This document shows positions 59,025-64,000 of a stretch of DNA of 64,000 nt, piece by piece (the first letter of the stretch is position 1; each line of letters begins with the position of its first letter). A program made the position numbers and the translations under genes. Source of the stretch: Gemmatimonas sp. (lineage in GTDB: Bacteria; Gemmatimonadota; Gemmatimonadetes; Gemmatimonadales; Gemmatimonadaceae); NCBI GenBank assembly GCA_031414535.1, contig JANNVQ010000007.1:1-64000 (forward strand). The letters run 5' to 3'. The notes beneath the pieces were generated by a model, which was not told the DNA's origin, made no database searches, and worked only from the letters and a program-made list of their open reading frames with translations.

Positions 59025-60546
59025 GATTCACTCCGAGTAGCCCCGTGAACACCAGGTACGCCACGCCAAAGCTCGCGAGCACTAGGCTGCCCTCCAGCAT
59101 GGGCCGAAGCTCACTGACCTGACGCGCGACGGCGATCCCCACCAGCGCCGCGAGAATCGCGCTGAGCCAGATCTTGGGCATCAATGACGTGGGCAAATCA
59201 ATGCGACCCACCAAGGCCTCAACGTGCCGCCGCAGCAGCCGGTACTCGAGCCACGCCGCAAGACCCGACGCCGCGGTGAGAATTCCCACGCCCAACTGCG
59301 TGGGCAGACCCACGCGCGCGGGAATCTGCGTCGCCAATGCCATACCAAGCACGCCGGCTAGCGATACACGCACTACAGCGAAGCGAAACGGTGTGTGCGT
59401 GTCCCCAAGAGCAAAGGACGCCGAGGAGAACAAGCGCCCCTGTGTGCTGGCAAGGAGACCGACGCCGGAGCCAGCCAGGGCCGCCCACACCCAGATCGCG
59501 TCTTCACGGCCAAATGCCCCGCCCTCGTAAAGCACCGATGCCATCATGCGACCAAACACCACCAAGCCTACCGCGGAGGGAATCACGAAGTACGCAATTC
59601 GCTGCAGGCCGCGTGCGAGCCGAGTGGAGAGCGCAGCCGCAACCTCCTCCCGGCTTCCCGTGGCGGCCGACATCGCCGGGAGCTCACTCGCCGCAACCGA
59701 CATGCCAAACAGCGAGACGGGCAGCATCGAGATGGCCTGCGCGTAGGTCAGCGTGGCGAGCGCGCCCGCACCGAGAAATGACGCGATGAGCGTATCCACA
59801 TATCCGCTCACCTGCACCACGCCGCGCGTCGCCACGCTCGGGGCGAAGTTGCGAAGCACCGTACGCACCTGCCCTGCTGCCGGTCCGGCGCTGAGCCGCA
59901 GTCCCCCTTCCACGCGCAACACCGTCGGGACCTGCACCACGAGTTGCAGCGCTGCGCCCGCGACACTGGCAAAGGCCACAGTGACCGCAAGCTGCGCCTG
60001 CGTGCTGTCAGCGCTCGTGCCCGCGTACAGCAGGGCCGCGATGATCGCCGCGTTCCATAGCACCGGCGACGCATACGAGAGAAAGAATCGGCGATGCGCG
60101 TTCAGAACACCGAGGCACCAGGCCGAGACCACGAGGAGCCCGAGCCCCGGGAAAATAATGCGGACCAGCAGGACGGTGAGTTCGCGCGACTCAACATCAA
60201 GGCCCGGGGCGATAACTTGCACGAGCCACGAAGCGGCAAGGATGCCCAGCAACACCAGCACAGACACCAGCGCCGTCAAGAGTGCGAGCACAGCGCCCGC
60301 GACGCGCCCCGCTTCCTCGCGCTTCCCCTCCGCGAGCAGCTTGGCGTACACAGGGATGAACGACGCCGAGAGCGCGCCCTCACCGAACAGGTTCTGCAGC
60401 AGGTTGGGAATGCGGAACGCTGCGGCGAGCGCATCAGCCACTACGCCGTTGCCGAGGTAGTGCGCAGTGACCCGTTGCCGGACGAGCCCAAACACACGGC
60501 TCAGCAGGATCCCAGCGGCGACGAGGCGCGCCCCGCCGATCTTCAT
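59008..60546 (-). CDS. murJ: Lipid II flippase MurJ
   Basis: LSRVFGLVRQ, AFRIPNLLQNLFGEGALSASFIPV and LPVSLFG motifs. Confidence 0.93.
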   Translation of the reverse strand: MKIGGARLVAAGILLSRVFGLVRQRVTAHYLGNGVVADALAAAFRIPNLLQNLFGEGALSASFIPVYAKLLAEGKREEAGRVAGAVLALLTALVSVLVLLGILAASWLVQVIAPGLDVESRELTVLLVRIIFPGLGLLVVSAWCLGVLNAHRRFFLSYASPVLWNAAIIAALLYAGTSADSTQAQLAVTVAFASVAGAALQLVVQVPTVLRVEGGLRLSAGPAAGQVRTVLRNFAPSVATRGVVQVSGYVDTLIASFLGAGALATLTYAQAISMLPVSLFGMSVAASELPAMSAATGSREEVAAALSTRLARGLQRIAYFVIPSAVGLVVFGRMMASVLYEGGAFGREDAIWVWAALAGSGVGLLASTQGRLFSSASFALGDTHTPFRFAVVRVSLAGVLGMALATQIPARVGLPTQLGVGILTAASGLAAWLEYRLLRRHVEALVGRIDLPTSLMPKIWLSAILAALVGIAVARQVSELRPMLEGSLVLASFGVAYLVFTGLLGVNRARSA

Positions 60547-62093
60547 CACCCGCCGACCAGCGACCCGGCGTGCATCGCCGCGCCCGCCTTCAACTGCGCG
60601 AGCAAAAGTTCTCCGTGGCGCGCCAACATCGGAACCGGATTCAGACGCCGCTCCTGACGTTGATTATCGGGCATCAAGGCCGCGCGCACGGTGGCAAGAT
60701 CTTGGACCGCTTCCACCGACCGGCCCCGCGCCGCGGCGCGCAGACGACGTTCCAAACGATCTACACGATGCAACATCTGGTGACGTGCGCCTTCAATCAC
60801 GCGATCCGGCACCAAGTGGTCCAACTGCGACGACACCGCGCTGAGGGAATCGAGCCGATCCGCGAGATCCTTGCGCAAACCCTCGAGCGCATCGCGCACC
60901 GCGGCCGGCATCGCGCGATCACCAATTCGACGTTCGGCGTCATGCGGCGTCTTGAGATCATCCAACACCATGCCCAAGCGGCCAAGACGACGATCCGTAC
61001 CTGGCTCCACCACCGTTGCGGACCAACGTGGGACCGCGAGCGGTGCGGCGATGCCGAGCGCTTCGGATACAGCGCTCACCTGCGAGAAATAGGCGATCTC
61101 GCCCGGCCCCGCGACGTAGGCCACTGTAGGCAGGATACGTCGCTCCACCACCGGACGAAGCAGCACGTTGGCCGACAGGATGGAGTCCGCCCGATGCGCC
61201 ACCTCATCCGCCTGCGCAATCGGAATCCGCTCCTTCACGCCAGCCAGCGAACGGAAGACCAACGAAAGCTTCGGCACTCGCGCCACCTGGGCGCGGAACC
61301 CTGCACGCTCTATCGCTACCATGCGCAGCGCCAGCGCCTCGTCCACACTGGCGGCGCGGCGTAGCGCTTCCACCAGCGTGGGCCGCGCGGCCGCGCGCGT
61401 GGCAGGATGCCAGGCATCGAGCACGGCAATGCCGTGCGGTTGTAGCAACTGGCGCAGGAATCGAACGTACGCGCCGCCCACCGTCGCATCCGGGTTGTAC
61501 GCAGCCTTGAGTGCATCGAGAATCGCCCCGTGCGGCGCTGAGCCTGCCGCGGCCACTAACTCTTCGAACTGCTCACCTGTGTCGCCAAGCGGCATTTCGG
61601 CCATGACCACGCCTTCATTGCCGCGGCGCGAAATGCTCAAACGCCGCACCTGGCCTTCACCAGCTACGGCTGTCCACGAGGCCTCGGCGAAGTCCGCGTC
61701 GTCGGTCGCAGCCCAAAATACCGGTGCGCAGGGAATTCCCGTGTCGCGCTCAATACGATCGGCGAGGGCCAACGCCGACAGCGCCTTGAGGAGCGTGTAC
61801 AGCGGACCGCCAAACAGTCCCGGCTGTTGGCCCGTCGTGATGACGATGCCGTTTTGGTCGGCGACACGCTCTAGGCGCTCCGCCGCCGGGCCCGCGGCAT
61901 CAAACGCGGGCCGCAGGCCGGCCAGCCAACGCGAGCCGCCAAACTCCTGCTGGACCCGCTCCGCGCGCGCCTTCCACGCGGCGGCACCAGAAGGGCGCGG
62001 CGGGAACCAATCCGCCGGCACTTGGCCGTCCTGTGCGGCGCGCGAGAGTGGCGAGCCACCTAAGGTCTCCGTGACCAGACGTGGTGCGCTCAT
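60546..62093 (-). CDS. bshC: Bacillithiol biosynthesis cysteine-adding enzyme BshC
   Basis: TTGQQPGLFGGPLYTLLKA, PVFWAATDDADFAE, SANVLLRP, YVAGPGEIAYF and RQERRLN motifs. Confidence 0.88.
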   Translation of the reverse strand: MSAPRLVTETLGGSPLSRAAQDGQVPADWFPPRPSGAAAWKARAERVQQEFGGSRWLAGLRPAFDAAGPAAERLERVADQNGIVITTGQQPGLFGGPLYTLLKALSALALADRIERDTGIPCAPVFWAATDDADFAEASWTAVAGEGQVRRLSISRRGNEGVVMAEMPLGDTGEQFEELVAAAGSAPHGAILDALKAAYNPDATVGGAYVRFLRQLLQPHGIAVLDAWHPATRAAARPTLVEALRRAASVDEALALRMVAIERAGFRAQVARVPKLSLVFRSLAGVKERIPIAQADEVAHRADSILSANVLLRPVVERRILPTVAYVAGPGEIAYFSQVSAVSEALGIAAPLAVPRWSATVVEPGTDRRLGRLGMVLDDLKTPHDAERRIGDRAMPAAVRDALEGLRKDLADRLDSLSAVSSQLDHLVPDRVIEGARHQMLHRVDRLERRLRAAARGRSVEAVQDLATVRAALMPDNQRQERRLNPVPMLARHGELLLAQLKAGAAMHAGSLVGG

Positions 62094-62156
62094 CGCGCGT
62101 CCCCTGGCGTCGGGCTCCAACATCGCAGGCTCTCGGCTCGCTGCATTGACGTTTCG

Positions 62157-62624
62157 TTACTTGTGGTAGGGTTCACCGCGCACGATGCTACCCGCGCGAT
62201 AGATCTGTTCCATCAATACCAACCGCGCCAATTCGTGCGGGAGGGTCCATGGCGCCAAACTCAGCTTGCGGTGCTCACGCTGCCGCAGCGATGCCGCGAT
62301 GCCGTGCGCTCCGCCAATCACAATTGCCAAGTCCTGCGCACGCTCTCGATATCCCTGCAACAACGCGGCGAACGACTCCGACGTGTACGACTTGCCGTCC
62401 GCTGGATCACAAAGCAGCAGCACCGCACCCGACGGAAGCTTGCTCAGGATTCGCTCTGCCTCCTTCTCCATCACCTGAGCCGGGGCAAGCGAACGTCCCG
62501 ACTCCTCCTTCACCTCGACGATCTCGAGCGGCCAATAGTGCACGGCACGCTCCTCATACTGACGAATGGCCGCCGCGAGCGCCGCGTCACGCGGCTTCCC
62601 GACGGCGGCCACTACAATCTTCAT
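62157..62624 (-). CDS. rlmH: 23S rRNA m3Psi1915 methyltransferase
   Basis: IGGAHG, SLAPWTLPHELARLVLMEQIYRA and GEPYHK motifs. Confidence 0.96.
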   Translation of the reverse strand: MKIVVAAVGKPRDAALAAAIRQYEERAVHYWPLEIVEVKEESGRSLAPAQVMEKEAERILSKLPSGAVLLLCDPADGKSYTSESFAALLQGYRERAQDLAIVIGGAHGIAASLRQREHRKLSLAPWTLPHELARLVLMEQIYRAGSIVRGEPYHK

Positions 62625-62666
62625 CGCCGCCCCGGACGCGCCTTAGCGCGCCCAGCGGCGCGCGCG

Positions 62667-63971
62667 TCACGCATAGATGCCACGCAAGCGGTGCACGGTC
62701 GCCACGCGGCTGATGGCCACCATGTACGCCGCCGTGCGCATGTTCACCTTGTGCTGTTGCGACAGCTTCAGCACATCGCGGAAGCTGTTGATCATGATCG
62801 TCTGGAGACGCTCATTGACCGTCTTCTCGTCCCAATAGTAGCCGCCGCGGTTTTGCACCCACTCGAAGTAGCTGACGGTCACACCGCCCGCATTGGCGAG
62901 GATGTCGGGAATCACGAAGATGCCCTTCTCATCGAGGATTGTATCGGCGGTCGCCGTCGTTGGACCGTTGGCGCCTTCGCAGATAATCTTGGCCTTGATG
63001 TTCTTGGCGTTCTTGGATGTGATCACGTTCTCCATGGCCGCCGGAATGAGCACATCAACTTCCAGCTCGAGCAACTGCTCGTTGGTGATGGCTTCGCCCT
63101 TTCCGTAGCCGTCGAGTGTCTTGTGCTTCTTCACGTGGGCAATCGCGTCATCAATATCAATGCCCTTCGGGTTGTGCCATCCACCCGTACGGTCCGAAAC
63201 TGCCACCACCTTGCAGCCCACCTGCTGCATGAGCTGAGCGCCAATCGAGCCCACGTTACCGAAGCCCTGCACGGCCACCGTGGCGCCCTTCACGTCCATC
63301 TTCAGGTGCTCGAGGGCCTGCGTCGCCGTGAACATGACGCCGCGGCCCGTGGCCTCGCGTCGGCCCAGCGATCCACCCATCTCCACCGGCTTACCCGTGG
63401 TCACGGCGTTCACCGTGTGGCCCACATGCATCGAGTACGTGTCCATCAACCACGCCATCACGCGCTCGTTGGTGTTCACGTCTGGCGCTGGCACGTCGGA
63501 GTCTGGGCCGAGCGTCGAGATGATGCCCGAGGTGTAGCGACGCGTGACGCGCTCTAGTTCACCCACCGACATCTTGAGCGGATCGCAAATCACGCCGCCC
63601 TTCGCACCGCCGAAGGGAATGTTCACCACAGCGCACTTCCAGGTCATCCACGCTGCAAGTGCCTTCACTTCGTCGAGCGAAACGTTCATGTCGAAGCGGA
63701 TGCCGCCCTTGGCGGGACCGCGAGAGGTGTTGTGCATCACGCGGATGCCCGTGAACACCTCAACCTCTCCGTTGTCCATCAGGACGGGAATGGACACCGT
63801 AATTTCTCGCTCGGCGCTGCGTAGGACTTTGTACAGTCCGGGCTCAAGATCCAACAGCTCGGCCGCGCGATCGAAGCGCGACATCATCGCCTCGAAGGGG
63901 TTCTCCTCGTTCAGGAAACGATCTTTGTCCGGGCGGACAATTGGGGTCGTGGGAAGGCGTAGATCAGCCAT
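62667..63971 (-). CDS. Glu/Leu/Phe/Val dehydrogenase (probably glutamate dehydrogenase)
   Basis: [35 protein letters not shown] and [13 protein letters not shown] motifs. Confidence 0.93.
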   Translation of the reverse strand: MADLRLPTTPIVRPDKDRFLNEENPFEAMMSRFDRAAELLDLEPGLYKVLRSAEREITVSIPVLMDNGEVEVFTGIRVMHNTSRGPAKGGIRFDMNVSLDEVKALAAWMTWKCAVVNIPFGGAKGGVICDPLKMSVGELERVTRRYTSGIISTLGPDSDVPAPDVNTNERVMAWLMDTYSMHVGHTVNAVTTGKPVEMGGSLGRREATGRGVMFTATQALEHLKMDVKGATVAVQGFGNVGSIGAQLMQQVGCKVVAVSDRTGGWHNPKGIDIDDAIAHVKKHKTLDGYGKGEAITNEQLLELEVDVLIPAAMENVITSKNAKNIKAKIICEGANGPTTATADTILDEKGIFVIPDILANAGGVTVSYFEWVQNRGGYYWDEKTVNERLQTIMINSFRDVLKLSQQHKVNMRTAAYMVAISRVATVHRLRGIYA

Positions 63972-64000
63972 AGTAATTTTGGGGGGTGCAACACCGGCGG

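Overview
A GC-rich bacterial core-genome window; gene content and style suggest Gemmatimonadota (inference, not verified). Positions 1-41332 are an unbroken + strand run: nuoM-nuoN-PMM/PGM-UPF0182, sucCD, ndk, yceD-rpmF-plsX-fabHDG-acpP-fabF, futalosine genes mqnE-mqnA-mqnC, ispF, DedA, xerD, pabA/trpG, a beta-propeller lipoprotein, then kdsB-pyrG-kdsA-kdsC-kdsD-lptC-lptA-like-lptB-rpoN running into a seven-gene surface-glycosylation block and dapF. From 41547 almost everything is on the - strand: TPR protein, tRNA-Arg(CCT), two exported hypotheticals, apt-pcm-surE-MerR-gpsA-plsY-der-DUF512, a GT-C enzyme, larC, thrC, uvrC, murJ, bshC, rlmH and a Glu/Leu/Phe/Val dehydrogenase. At the strand switch is a 28-bp dif-like site (41368-41395), so the window probably spans the replication terminus. 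I found no prophage, transposase, CRISPR array or defence island. The most unusual signals are: (1) a dispersed GACGGA(T/A)/ATCCGTC heptamer repeat family that forms hairpins and replaces the ribosome-binding region of three genes; (2) a remodelled LPS bridge, with LptB carrying an extra ~135-aa N-terminal domain, a 450-aa LptA and a lipoprotein-type LptC, behind a sigma-54 site in the operon that encodes sigma-54; (3) a CX5CX2C MqnE; (4) a promoter followed immediately by a terminator ahead of the DUF512-der operon; (5) a glycosylation block with a GT-C and two polyprenol-phosphate glycosyltransferases. Start codons and motifs were assigned by eye and no searches were run.
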